Source: an uncultured Acidobacteriaceae bacterium (lineage in GTDB: Bacteria > Acidobacteriota > Terriglobia > Terriglobales > Acidobacteriaceae). Taken from it: DNA of 40,000 nt. Positions 9,363-18,623 of this stretch are shown one piece after another. The position numbers and the translations under genes are program-made. Under the pieces are notes generated by a model. It ran no database searches and had not been told where the DNA came from. It was given only the letters and a program-made list of their open reading frames with translations. The stretch covers positions 91,089-131,088 of the forward strand of contig CAWFLH010000008.1 in NCBI GenBank assembly GCA_963816575.1. The letters run 5' to 3'. Each line of letters begins with the position of its first letter. Position 1 is the stretch's first letter.

Positions 9363-11030
9363 ATGGCGAAACCAATTTTGCTGAGCGTGGATGACGACTC
9401 GGATGTGTTGCGGGCCATCGAGCGTGATCTGCGCTCGCAGTACGGCGCGGAATACCGGGTGATCGGAAGCGATTCGCCCGAGGGCGCGCTGGAGTTGCTG
9501 AAACAATTGAAGGTGCGCAATGACAGTGTGGCCTTGCTGCTGGCCGACCAGCGCATGCCGCGGATGGATGGCGTGGAATTTCTGCAACAGGCAATGGGGA
9601 TCTTCCCCAGCGCGAAGCGGGCGTTGCTGACGGCTTATGCGGACACCAACGCCGCGATCAGCGCGATCAATCAGGCCAGCATCAATTATTTCTTCCTGAA
9701 GCCGTGGGATCCTCCGGCGGAGCACCTGTATCCGCAATTGGATGACATGCTCGATGACTGGCAGGCTTCGTATCATCCGACATTTCAGGGGATCCGGGTG
9801 CTGGGCACGCGCTGGTCGCCGCGATCGTATGAGTTGCGGGACTTTCTGGCGCGCAACCGGGTTCCCTATCAGTGGACTGACGTCGAGCTTTCGGCGAATG
9901 ATCCGGAGACCAAGCAGTTGCTGGAAGCATTAGGGCCGGAGGCGGCTAATCTGCCCGTGGTGCTGTTTCCCGATGGGACGAAGCTGCTTGAGGGAGTGCC
10001 GGCGGATGTCGCGCAAAAAGTCGGGTTGCGCACGCGGGCTCAAACCGACTTCTATGACCTGGCGATTGTGGGCGGGGGGCCGGCCGGTTTGGCGGCAGCC
10101 GTTTATGGGGCCTCCGAAGGTCTGAATACGGTGATGATTGAGCGAGAAGCTCCCGGCGGACAGGCGGGAATGAGTTCGCGCATCGAAAACTATCTGGGAT
10201 TTCCGACGGGTCTGAGCGGCGCTGATCTGGCGCGGCGGGCGGTGGTGCAGGCGAAGCGGTTCGGAGTGGAAATTCTGGCGCAGGAAGTGGTGGGCGCCCG
10301 GGAAGAAGGACCTTACCGGATTATCAAGATGGCGGATGGAAATGAGATTTCGTGTCATGCGCTGATGATTGCGACTGGGGTGCAGTGGAAGCGGCTGGAA
10401 GCTCCGGGGGTGGCGAGGCTGCAGGGTGCGGGGATTTATTACGGTGGCGGCGCTACCGAGGCTTTGTCGTGCAAGGGTGAGAACGTTTATGTGGTGGGCG
10501 GGGCGAACTCGGCGGGCCAGGCGGCGATGAACTTCGCGAAATATGCGGAGCGGGTCGTTATTCTGGTGCGGGGCGAATCGCTCTCCAGCACGATGTCGCA
10601 ATACCTGATCGACCAGATTAAGGAGACGCCTAACATTCAGTTGTGGACCCACGCCGGGCTGGCCGAGGCACATGGTGAAACCCATCTGGAAGAAATTTCG
10701 GTGCTGTGCTCCGATACGGGCAAGGTTGAGCGGGTGCCAGCGAGTGCGATGTTCATTTTTATTGGAGCGCTGCCCCGGACAGACTGGCTGGCGGGCATTT
10801 TGGAGCGGGACGAGCGCGGGTTTCTGTTGACTGGACCTGACCTTATGCGAGGTGGGGAGCGTCCGAAGGGATGGACGCCGGACCGCGATCCGTTTCTGCT
10901 CGAGACTAATGTTCCGGGAATCTTTGCTGTGGGCGATGTGCGTCACGGTTCTATCAAACGCGTGGCTTCGGGAGTGGGCGAGGGATCGGTGGCAGTGCAA
11001 TTCATTCATCAATACTTGAGCAAGGTATAA
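9363..11030 (+). CDS. Fused response-regulator receiver / thioredoxin-reductase-like FAD-dependent oxidoreductase
   Basis: The N-terminal receiver has ILLSVDDDSDVL, LLLADQRMPRMDG and FFLKPW. The C-terminal flavoprotein has DLAIVGGGPAGLAAAVYGASEG (FAD GxGxxG), VYVVGGANSAGQAAMNFA (NAD(P)H site) and GIFAVGDVRHG. The canonical redox CxxC is not seen; the corresponding stretch reads GGGATEALSCKGENV. Confidence 0.88.
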   Translation: MAKPILLSVDDDSDVLRAIERDLRSQYGAEYRVIGSDSPEGALELLKQLKVRNDSVALLLADQRMPRMDGVEFLQQAMGIFPSAKRALLTAYADTNAAISAINQASINYFFLKPWDPPAEHLYPQLDDMLDDWQASYHPTFQGIRVLGTRWSPRSYELRDFLARNRVPYQWTDVELSANDPETKQLLEALGPEAANLPVVLFPDGTKLLEGVPADVAQKVGLRTRAQTDFYDLAIVGGGPAGLAAAVYGASEGLNTVMIEREAPGGQAGMSSRIENYLGFPTGLSGADLARRAVVQAKRFGVEILAQEVVGAREEGPYRIIKMADGNEISCHALMIATGVQWKRLEAPGVARLQGAGIYYGGGATEALSCKGENVYVVGGANSAGQAAMNFAKYAERVVILVRGESLSSTMSQYLIDQIKETPNIQLWTHAGLAEAHGETHLEEISVLCSDTGKVERVPASAMFIFIGALPRTDWLAGILERDERGFLLTGPDLMRGGERPKGWTPDRDPFLLETNVPGIFAVGDVRHGSIKRVASGVGEGSVAVQFIHQYLSKV

Positions 11031-12416
11031 ATGGTCGATAAATCTGAATTACGACGCGTCCAGGAATTCGCTGATTTGCCGGACGATCAGCTCGATTGGT
11101 TCCTCAGCCAGGCGCAGGAGATGAATCTCAAGGCGGGTGAGGTCTATGCGCGGCAGGGCGATCCCGCGGATGCGATGTTTGTGATTCTTGAGGGACATCT
11201 TCAAGGACGGGGCGAGCTTGGGGGCGAAACCTTCGTCTTTGATCTGGAGCCGGGCGACGTCACCGGAGTGCTTCCGTTTTCGAGGATGAAGCAATTTACG
11301 GTGAGCGGGCGAGCTATCGCGGATAGCCGCGCTCTGCGATTTCCGGCTTCGTTGTTTCCCGAGTTGGTGCAGAAAATGCCGGTGCTGACGCAGCGTCTGG
11401 TGGGCCTGATGTCGGACCGGATTCGAGAAACCACGCGGCTCGAACAACAGCGCGACCGGTTGGCGTCTTTGGGGAAGCTTTCGGCTGGACTGGCGCATGA
11501 ACTTAACAATCCGGCTTCGGCTGCGAAACGCGCTGCTAGCCAGATGAGCGAGATTCTGAAGAAAATCAGGGACGCGAGTCTGGAATTGGGAAAGCGCGAT
11601 CTCACCCCCACCCAGAAAGCGGAAATCGAAAAGATGGAAGCTTCGTTCACACAACCGGATATTGTTCCGCCGGATGCGCTGACTATGAGCGACCTGGAGG
11701 ACCAAATCGATTCTTTGCTGCGCAGTCATGGGCAGAACGACCTGTGGATGCTTGCTGCCGGGCTGGCTCGGCGGAACATTAAGCCGGAGATGGTTGAATC
11801 GTTGTTTGCGAATCTCGAAGGGGACACGGCCCGAGCCGCGCTGGTTCGGATCGCCGCGTCGGTGGAGATCGCTAGTCTGTTACATGAAATCGAGAGCAGC
11901 ACTTCGCGGATCTCGGATTTGGTGGGCGCCATCAAGGAATACACGCACATGGATCAGGCGCCGGTTTTAAACGTGGACGTGGTGAAGAGCCTGGAGACCA
12001 CGCTTACGATCCTGAATCACAAGCTGAAGCAAGGGGTCGGGGTGCAGCGTGATTATCAGGGTGTTCCCCTGCTGGTGAATTCATTTGGCAGCGAACTCAA
12101 TCAGGTGTGGACCAACATTATTGATAACGCGATTGACGCGATGCATGGAAAAGGCGAACTACGCGTCCGAACCTACCGCGACGACGGTTGCGCGGTGGTT
12201 GAGATTACCGATAACGGTCCGGGAATTCCTGAGGAGGTGCAGCCGCACATCTTCGAACCCTTTTTCACCACCAAGGGAGTTGGGGCAGGCACGGGCCTTG
12301 GGCTGGACACGGTGCAGCGGATCGTGAAGAAGCACCGGGGAAGTATTCAGGTTACTTCGAAGCCGGGGGAGACACGTTTTCAAGTCTGGCTGCCGTTAGC
12401 TGGGACTGCGGTGTAG
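11031..12416 (+). CDS. Cyclic-nucleotide-binding-domain histidine kinase
   Basis: The ATG directly abuts the upstream TAA (11028-11030). It has an N-terminal cNMP-binding-like fold (MFVILEGHLQGRGE...GDVTGVLPFS) and an H-box (LSAGLAHELNNPASA). It also has an N-box (VWTNIIDNAIDAM), G1 (ITDNGPGIP) and G2 (GVGAGTGLGLDTV). Confidence 0.85.
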   Translation: MVDKSELRRVQEFADLPDDQLDWFLSQAQEMNLKAGEVYARQGDPADAMFVILEGHLQGRGELGGETFVFDLEPGDVTGVLPFSRMKQFTVSGRAIADSRALRFPASLFPELVQKMPVLTQRLVGLMSDRIRETTRLEQQRDRLASLGKLSAGLAHELNNPASAAKRAASQMSEILKKIRDASLELGKRDLTPTQKAEIEKMEASFTQPDIVPPDALTMSDLEDQIDSLLRSHGQNDLWMLAAGLARRNIKPEMVESLFANLEGDTARAALVRIAASVEIASLLHEIESSTSRISDLVGAIKEYTHMDQAPVLNVDVVKSLETTLTILNHKLKQGVGVQRDYQGVPLLVNSFGSELNQVWTNIIDNAIDAMHGKGELRVRTYRDDGCAVVEITDNGPGIPEEVQPHIFEPFFTTKGVGAGTGLGLDTVQRIVKKHRGSIQVTSKPGETRFQVWLPLAGTAV

Positions 12417-12436
12417 GGCGTTACTTTTCGGAGACG

Positions 12437-12577
12437 TCATTTCTCGGACTTGCGGAAGAGGACGACGTCGGAGTCGCGATGGCCGCGGATGACGGCGAGT
12501 TGTTTGGCGTCGAAGGACCAGTCGAAATCGCGGATGAATTCCGCGTCGCTTCGTCTTACGGACGGGGCATCAGCGAG
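12437..12577 (-). pseudogene. Start-less remnant resembling the C-terminal tail of a TolB/WD40-like beta-propeller (kinase-associated) protein
   Basis: The minus-strand frame reads LADAPSVRRSDAEFIRDFDWSFDAKQLAVIRGHRDSDVVLFRKSEK*. It is bounded by an upstream in-frame stop and has no ATG/GTG/TTG. The pattern DWS.D.KQLAV.RG...SDVVL is recalled from the C-termini of acidobacterial propeller proteins; this is memory-based and unverified. Confidence 0.3.
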
Positions 12578-12611
12578 TCAACGAAGGATGAGTGAGGCTG
12601 GATTCGGGTAA

Positions 12612-13070
12612 TTACTTGCCGGTGCGCCAATCCCAAACTGGATTGCCCTTGTCGTCGCGGAACATGAGGGTGTCAGTTCCCTTTATGAGTTCTCGCACCA
12701 GGATTATGTCTGACGTGTCTTGCTTAACCTTTGAGCCCGTCACGGCAATCTCGTCTCCCTTGGTGAAGGTGATGCCCATCTCCTCCTGGAATGGTTTGGG
12801 GCAGACGTAGATGTGGATTTTGTCGTCCCCGCTCTTGATGATGAGTTCGGTGAAGTCTTTTCTGGTGCCGAAGGGCAGAAGGTTTACTTCTTCGACGATG
12901 CCTTTGGTTTTGGTCTCGGTATGGAGATCGTACTTGGGTGGGGTGGTGTCTTTTTGTTCGGTCTTTTGCGCGAGGGCCGAGGTCACGCACAAGAGCATAA
13001 ATAAGGAGATTGAGCAGAGCGTCCTGGCAGCGTTGCGCGGTGGGATGGGGACTGCTCGAGCGTGAAGCAT
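12612..13070 (-). CDS. Exported hypothetical protein (152 aa)
   Basis: Track ORF 12612..13220, trimmed to ATG 13070, which has a strong upstream GAGGAGGAG. It has a signal peptide (LCSISLFMLLCVTSALAQ). No family was recognised. Confidence 0.6.
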   Translation of the reverse strand: MLHARAVPIPPRNAARTLCSISLFMLLCVTSALAQKTEQKDTTPPKYDLHTETKTKGIVEEVNLLPFGTRKDFTELIIKSGDDKIHIYVCPKPFQEEMGITFTKGDEIAVTGSKVKQDTSDIILVRELIKGTDTLMFRDDKGNPVWDWRTGK

Positions 13071-13292
13071 GGCTCCTCCTCGTGGTTCAGGGAAATCCAA
13101 TGCTGGGAAAGAGCATCGGCTCCCGAGTCGCCTAACAGCTTCGCCAACGGTCAGGCGGCTAACTCGGTCGCCTTCTAATAAAGACAGGAGGATCGTACAC
13201 CTTGGCCCTGAAGACGCCAATAGCGTGTGCGGTTGCTCGGCGATTGAGAACCTGTTGAAGAATGCGAAGTCGGGCGCGCGAGAGTGAGTGCC

Positions 13293-13375
13293 GTCCCTGA
13301 CGGGACTCGGTTCCCTTCTCGCTCAGCTACCCCGCACTTACGTGCGGGGCTGACGAATGGCGTCGCTGAAGCGAC
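13293..13375. repeat. Intergenic cluster of three short GC-rich tetraloop hairpins (REP-like structured element)
   Basis: GTCCC-TGAC-GGGAC (13293-13306), CCCCGCAC-TTAC-GTGCGGGG (13330-13349) and GTCGC-TGAA-GCGAC (13362-13375). There is only one such cluster in this window. Confidence 0.4.
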
Positions 13376-13560
13376 TTTCCCGAGTTGATGCACTCCTCAT
13401 CTTCGGTCCAAATTAAGTGGGACTTGCTCCCCTCTCGCTCGCTTTCTTAGACGACTCTCAGATTGCGAGGGCGGGGTGCGGACCTTCTGTTTTTATTTGA
13501 ATTCCGAATCTGCTGATAGAGCCAATATCCAGAAGACCGGAGTGGAAGGGCTATCGGGTA

Positions 13561-13968
13561 ATGACCAAGATCCTGCTTGTGGAGGACAGCAAGTTTCTGA
13601 GGTTGACGGTGGAGCGCGCGCTGGCGCGTGCGGGCTATGAGATGAGCAGCGCGGCGGACGGCGAGGAAGCCTTGCGTATGGCGCGGGAGAAATTGCCGGA
13701 CCTGATTTTGCTGGACATGCTGTTGCCGAAGATAAGCGGCCCGGATGTGCTCTTGGAACTGAAGAAAGATCCTTTGACGATGGCGATCCCGGTGGTGGTG
13801 ATCACGGGCTTGTCGCAGAAAAATGCTGCCCGCTTGCAGGGAGACGGCGCGGTTGGCTTCCTGGAGAAATCCGCTCTCGAGTTGGACAAAGGACCGGAGA
13901 AAATGCTGGCTGCGTTGCAAGAGATTCTCAAAAACCTTCCTGAATCTGCTAGAACAACCTCGGCGTAG
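13561..13968 (+). CDS. Single-domain response regulator (CheY-like receiver)
   Basis: MTKILLVEDSKF..., the phospho-acceptor context PDLILLDMLLPKISG, VVVITGLS and a conserved Lys region (FLEKS). 135 aa with no output domain. Confidence 0.9.
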   Translation: MTKILLVEDSKFLRLTVERALARAGYEMSSAADGEEALRMAREKLPDLILLDMLLPKISGPDVLLELKKDPLTMAIPVVVITGLSQKNAARLQGDGAVGFLEKSALELDKGPEKMLAALQEILKNLPESARTTSA

Positions 13969-14127
13969 GCTTGGTTAGGCTTTTCCAGCTTCTATTTCTT
14001 TCTTTTCGCTTGACAAACTTCCAAAAACGAAAGTAAAAATAATCGTTCGTAATCCACCAACCGCTGCGATCGCAGTGGCGTCCGATTTCAGGAAGAAAAA
14101 CTCAAGAATCCAATCCGGAGGGTTTCA

Positions 14128-15747
14128 ATGACTAATCGCTTGCAACGGGGTACGCAACTCGTGCTGAGGCGTGAGTTGATTCGGGCCCTGTTTCTCTTTC
14201 TCGCCAGTTGCTTCGCGCTTTGCTGTTGTGCGCAGGCGCAGACATACTATGTCGCCAAGACGGGCAGCGACACGAATAACGGCAGTGCGAGCGCGCCCTG
14301 GCTCACCATCGGACACGCGGCCCTGGAAGCGCAGGCCGGCAGCACCGTTTATGTGGGAGCTGGAACCTACAGCGAGAGCGTATTGTTCGCCAACTCGGGA
14401 ACGTCCACGGCTCCTATTGTCTTCAATGGACAGGGAGTGGCGATCGTGGATGGCACCAGCGTCGCATGCTGCACGACACCTGCCTTCGCGACCAGCAACG
14501 GCTTCCTGTGCTGCAACACGCAAGGGCTGTTCACGATCGGCGCTGCGAGCGGCGTGAGTTACCTGACTCTTGAGGGGTTCACCCTCCAAAACTACAAGAC
14601 GGCGAAGAAAGCGGACGTTCCCGCCGGAATTCTGATTGCCGGCAGCGGAAGCGGGATCAACATTCTTAACAACACCGTTAAGAACATCCAGACCACGGCG
14701 GGGAAGACCGGCAACGCGTACGGTATCGGCGTTTTCGGTACGAGCTCCACGCCGCTCAGTGTGAACGTCAGCGGCAACACCGTTACTGGATGCCTGACCG
14801 GGGAAAGCGAGACGACTACTTATAACGGCAACGTGCAAAACTTTGTCGTCTCTAACAACATAATTTATGACAATGACAACATCGGCATGGACGCGATAGG
14901 TTTCGAGGGAGTCGGTCCGACGGGGTACGATCAGGCCAAGAACGGCGACGTTTATGGCAACCTCATCTACAACAACAGCGCTTTCAAGAACCCAGGGGAA
15001 GGTAATTCCTATGACGAGGATGGTCTGTACTGCGATGGCTGCACGGAGGTAACGTTTGAACGCAACACTCTTTACGGCAACGATCTGAATATCGAAGCCG
15101 CCAGCGAAATCTCGGGTGAGGTTTCGAGCAACGTGATCATCCGCAACAACCTGATCTACGCGGCAAATTCGTGCGGCGTCTCGGTGGGCGGATATGCGAA
15201 GACTGGGACGGGCGGAAGCACTAACATCACCATCGTGAACAACAGCCTTTACGATAACGACACGCAGAAGACGGGCAGTGGTGAGTTCCAGATCCAGTAC
15301 CGGGCCACCGGGATTGTGTTCGAGAACAACATTGTTTATACCGGGGCGGAGGGTCTGTTCATCTACGGGTTCGTAGCGGGGAGCGGAGTAACCGCCAACT
15401 ACAACGATTACTACACGACCAGCTCGACTACCACGTTTGAGTTGAACGGGAAAAGCTACTCCTCGTTCGCGTCTTACCAGTCAAAGACTGGACAGGATGC
15501 GAATTCGGTGTTCGCGAATCCCGACTACCTCACGGTTCCGACTTGTACGTCGACGAAGGAAACCGGGCCGCCGACGCCGCTCACAAGCTGTTCGCCGACG
15601 CCGAATTTTGACATCGCGACCAGTTCACCCGCTGAGAACACGGGCAACGCCGGTCTGGGTTCGGGGGATTTCGGGACGGTTGACTTCAATGGCAATCCGC
15701 GGGTGAATGCCAACGGACAAATCAACATGGGAGCTTATGAGCAGTGA
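14128..15747 (+). CDS. Secreted right-handed parallel beta-helix repeat protein (pectate-lyase-fold, DUF1565-like N-terminus)
   Basis: A hydrophobic N-terminus (LFLFLASCFALCCCAQA) is followed by YYVAKTGSDTNNGSASAPWLTIGHA. It has repeated ~22-aa N/G/I/V turns (NNIIYDND, IIRNNLIYAAN, IVNNSLYDND, FENNIVY). Confidence 0.8.
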   Translation: MTNRLQRGTQLVLRRELIRALFLFLASCFALCCCAQAQTYYVAKTGSDTNNGSASAPWLTIGHAALEAQAGSTVYVGAGTYSESVLFANSGTSTAPIVFNGQGVAIVDGTSVACCTTPAFATSNGFLCCNTQGLFTIGAASGVSYLTLEGFTLQNYKTAKKADVPAGILIAGSGSGINILNNTVKNIQTTAGKTGNAYGIGVFGTSSTPLSVNVSGNTVTGCLTGESETTTYNGNVQNFVVSNNIIYDNDNIGMDAIGFEGVGPTGYDQAKNGDVYGNLIYNNSAFKNPGEGNSYDEDGLYCDGCTEVTFERNTLYGNDLNIEAASEISGEVSSNVIIRNNLIYAANSCGVSVGGYAKTGTGGSTNITIVNNSLYDNDTQKTGSGEFQIQYRATGIVFENNIVYTGAEGLFIYGFVAGSGVTANYNDYYTTSSTTTFELNGKSYSSFASYQSKTGQDANSVFANPDYLTVPTCTSTKETGPPTPLTSCSPTPNFDIATSSPAENTGNAGLGSGDFGTVDFNGNPRVNANGQINMGAYEQ

Positions 15748-15776
15748 CCACGGCGTCAACCAGTAGGTTCAATCGG

Positions 15777-15801
15777 GGCACGCAGCCAAGCTGCGTGCCC
15801 G
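15777..15801 (+). terminator. Putative intrinsic terminator after the beta-helix gene
   Basis: Perfect 11-bp stem GGGCACGCAGC-CAA-GCTGCGTGCCC, 30 nt after the stop at 15747, followed by a weak T-tract (GCATTATTTGC). Its position also argues against the 15808 start of the next ORF. Confidence 0.55.
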
Positions 15802-15843
15802 CATTATTTGCGGCGCAGCCCTGGCGCCGGGGATACTAAAGGC

Positions 15844-16866
15844 ATGCGTTTCCCGTGCCTAGTATATCTGTTGCTTGTAAGCCTGGCCTACGGGCAAGCT
15901 GCGCTGCCGGCCACGTCTGCCGCGAGTGACAAAACCTCCGAATCAGAAGTTGGGCCTGACGATGCGGTGATTACGCTGAACGGGTTCTGCGCTGATCCTG
16001 CGCAGGCGGGCGTGGCGTGCAAAACCATGATTACTCGAGCACAATTTGAGAAGCTTACTGACGCGCTGCAGCCGGGGATGTCGCTGTCACTTCAGCTCAA
16101 TGTGGCGAACGCTTATGCGCGAAATCTGAGAATGGCGGCGGCGGCGGAGAAACGCGGCCTTGATAAAACACCTGCATTCGAAGAAGAGATGCGCTATGCG
16201 CGGATGCAGTTCCTTGCGCAGGACTTGACCCGCACCCTGCAAGCGGAAGCCAGCAACATCACCGACGTCGATCTCGAAGACTATTACAAAAAGAACCAGT
16301 CCTCTTACGAGCAAGCTACACTGGCGCGGATCTTTGTTCCTCGCTCCAAGCAAAGCGAAGCTGCGCGCGGGGAACATGGGGACGTGCAGGCGAAGGCCGA
16401 TGAGGAAGCGATGATGAAGGTTGCTGTCGAACTTCGCGTCCGCGCGGTTAATGGGGAAGATCCTGACAAGTTGCAGATCGAGGCTTACACGGACGCCGGG
16501 ATTCCGCGCACCAACTCTGACACGAAGATGGGGAAGGTGCGGCGGGCTGCGCTGCCTCCGCGGCATGAAGCGGTCATGGACTTGAAGCCGGGAGAAGTTT
16601 CAGAAGTGATCTCCGATCCTGGTGGCGCCCATTTCATCTACAAAGTGATCGACAAGCAGACTTTGACGTTGGAAGAAGCAAAAATGGAGATCCGCGGGGA
16701 GATTTCGAGCCAGCGCTATCGGGACAGTATGAAGGGCTTTCAGGGCGATGTCGTGTTTAGCGATGCCTACTTTAATCCTCCGGGAAAGGCTGCTACGCCT
16801 CCGCAGCGAACTCGCACGGGGAGAAGAAAGACACCTTCGGCCCAGCAGGGCCAAGACCACGACTAG
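15844..16866 (+). CDS. Peptidyl-prolyl cis-trans isomerase, parvulin/SurA-PrsA-like, exported
   Basis: Track ORF 15808..16866, trimmed to ATG 15844, which gives the signal peptide MRFPCLVYLLLVSLAYGQA. It has a SurA-N-like helical region and a parvulin-like segment (LKPGEVSEVISDPGGAHFIYKV). Confidence 0.75.
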   Translation: MRFPCLVYLLLVSLAYGQAALPATSAASDKTSESEVGPDDAVITLNGFCADPAQAGVACKTMITRAQFEKLTDALQPGMSLSLQLNVANAYARNLRMAAAAEKRGLDKTPAFEEEMRYARMQFLAQDLTRTLQAEASNITDVDLEDYYKKNQSSYEQATLARIFVPRSKQSEAARGEHGDVQAKADEEAMMKVAVELRVRAVNGEDPDKLQIEAYTDAGIPRTNSDTKMGKVRRAALPPRHEAVMDLKPGEVSEVISDPGGAHFIYKVIDKQTLTLEEAKMEIRGEISSQRYRDSMKGFQGDVVFSDAYFNPPGKAATPPQRTRTGRRKTPSAQQGQDHD

Positions 16867-17094
16867 CTAGGCCACTGCAAATAAACCACTTACAGATGGG
16901 AACCTGGGATGGGTGGGCGGAGTCTATCTTCATATTAGAGAGCACATTAGAGTGTCTGCCGGTAACATGCGGCGGTGACCTCTAATCGGTGAACCAGGGG
17001 CGGGCAGGCGATTTTTCGGTTGGGGATGCGGCGGAGAATCCTATAATCAACCTGTAGTCACGCGCTAGGTGAAGTTGAGCGTGGGAGTGACCTC

Positions 17095-17829
17095 TTGGGA
17101 GATTTGGCGAGCGCAATTGGAGCACGGGCGCAGGAAGCGGCGATTGTCGCGGACCTGAAGGCGGGTTCGGAAGAGGCCTACGCCTGGCTGATCGGTGAAT
17201 TTCAGCGGCCGGTGTACGGGCTGGTGTACCGCATGGTGAGCGATCCGGCGGACGCGGCGGATACTACGCAGGACGTTTTTCTGAAAGTGTTCCGCGGGAT
17301 GAAGAGCTTTCATGGCGAGTCCAGCCTGAAGACGTGGATTTACCGGATTGCACTGCATGAGGCCGCGAACCGGAAGCGGTGGTGGTTCCGGCACAAGGCG
17401 CATGAGACTTCGATTGAGCCGGTGGAATCGGAGGGATTGGCGAACGGAGATGCAGCGATGCAAAACGCGCTGACTGACCGGAACGATTCGCCGTTCGATA
17501 GTGTGGCGCACCGGGAAGTGCAGAAGCGGGTGGATGCTGAGCTGCGGCAGGTGGCTGAGCCCTACCGGACGAGTTTGATTCTGCGCGATTTGGAAGAAAT
17601 GTCTTATGAAGAGATAGCGGAGGTTCTGCAGATTTCGCTGGGGACGGTGAAATCGAGAATCACGAGAGGGCGGCAGGCGTTGAAGCAGCGGCTGGCGCCT
17701 TACGTGCGCGAGGTGGGCGGAGAGTTGGGGCTCGCTGCGCCGGAGCAAGAAGAAGAGACGAGTTTGAGGTCCGAAAATTTGCAGGACCGGGTTGCTGGAG
17801 GGGGAAGAAGGGTCGAGGTGATGCCATGA
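17095..17829 (+). CDS. RNA polymerase sigma-70 factor, ECF subfamily
   Basis: TTG start at 17095 with GGGAG 8 nt upstream. Region 2 reads VYGLVYRMVSDPADAADTTQDVFLKVFRG...WIYRIALHEAANR. Region 4 reads SLILRDLEEMSYEEIAEVLQISLGTVKSRITRGRQAL. Confidence 0.9.
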   Translation: MGDLASAIGARAQEAAIVADLKAGSEEAYAWLIGEFQRPVYGLVYRMVSDPADAADTTQDVFLKVFRGMKSFHGESSLKTWIYRIALHEAANRKRWWFRHKAHETSIEPVESEGLANGDAAMQNALTDRNDSPFDSVAHREVQKRVDAELRQVAEPYRTSLILRDLEEMSYEEIAEVLQISLGTVKSRITRGRQALKQRLAPYVREVGGELGLAAPEQEEETSLRSENLQDRVAGGGRRVEVMP

Positions 17830-18542
17830 GGTATGTGGCCATGAAGCCGCTTTCGGCTAAGTCGACGATGAAATGCGGGGACGTGAAGGGATTGCTGTCT
17901 CCGTATCTGGACGGGGCAGTCACCGGGATCGAGATGCAGGGCTTGCAGGCACATCTGAACGGATGTGCAGCATGCATGAAGGAGTACCGGCTGCTGCGGC
18001 AGACGCAGCAACTGCTGACGAGCGTGGGGCGGGTGCAGGAGCCGGCAGACCTTGGGCTGAAGCTGCGTCTGGCCATTTCGCGGGAGGCGGCGGAAACGCG
18101 GCGTCCGCGATTTGAAGACTTGCGCATGCGCGTGGAGAATGCTTTGAACGCGTTTATGGTGCCGGCTACGGCGGGCCTGGTCTGCGCGTTGCTGATCTTT
18201 GGGTTAGTTACTGCGATCCTGGCGATGCCGGGAGAGGTGCAGGCGAACAATAGTCAAGACGTGCCGCTGGTGCTGAATACCGGTCCGGAGTTGGAGCAGA
18301 GCGTTTTTGGCACGACTCTGAGCGGGATGAATACGGACTCGCTGGTGATTGAAGCCTACGTCGACAAGAACGGGCGCGTGCAGGACTACAAGATTCTTTC
18401 TGATCCAGGGGAGTCGCAGGAACTGCTGCCGCAGGTGAAGCGGATGCTGATCTTTACGACGTTCCGTCCGGCGATGTCGATGGGACGGCCGATTTCGTCG
18501 CGGGCAGTGCTTTCGTTCTCTAGGATCAGCGTTCGGGGGTAG
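17826..18542 (+). CDS. Anti-sigma factor (zf-HC2) with one TM helix and a TonB_C-like periplasmic domain
   Basis: ATGA overlap with the sigma-factor stop (17826-17829). It has the zinc-finger pattern C-x27-H-x3-C-x2-C (CGDVKGLL...LQAHLNGCAAC) and a TM segment (VPATAGLVCALLIFGLVTAILAM). The C-terminus (IEAYVDKNGRVQDYKILSDPG...FRPAMSMGRPI) resembles a TonB C-terminal fold. Confidence 0.8.
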   Translation: MRYVAMKPLSAKSTMKCGDVKGLLSPYLDGAVTGIEMQGLQAHLNGCAACMKEYRLLRQTQQLLTSVGRVQEPADLGLKLRLAISREAAETRRPRFEDLRMRVENALNAFMVPATAGLVCALLIFGLVTAILAMPGEVQANNSQDVPLVLNTGPELEQSVFGTTLSGMNTDSLVIEAYVDKNGRVQDYKILSDPGESQELLPQVKRMLIFTTFRPAMSMGRPISSRAVLSFSRISVRG

Positions 18543-18623
18543 GGCGGAGTTCGGCTTCCGGACCCCGGCTTCGGGTGCGCTTCGCGCTTTGCTTGAAATT
18601 CCGGCTCTTTAATCTTGTACTCG

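Noticed and set aside
14073-14084. A perfect 12-bp palindrome, CTGCGATCGCAG, in the leader of the beta-helix gene, together with a TTGACA (14019-14024) promoter-like hexamer
   Set aside because: It is short enough to occur by chance, the -10 element is weak (TAAAAA at 18-nt spacing), and there is no second copy in the window.
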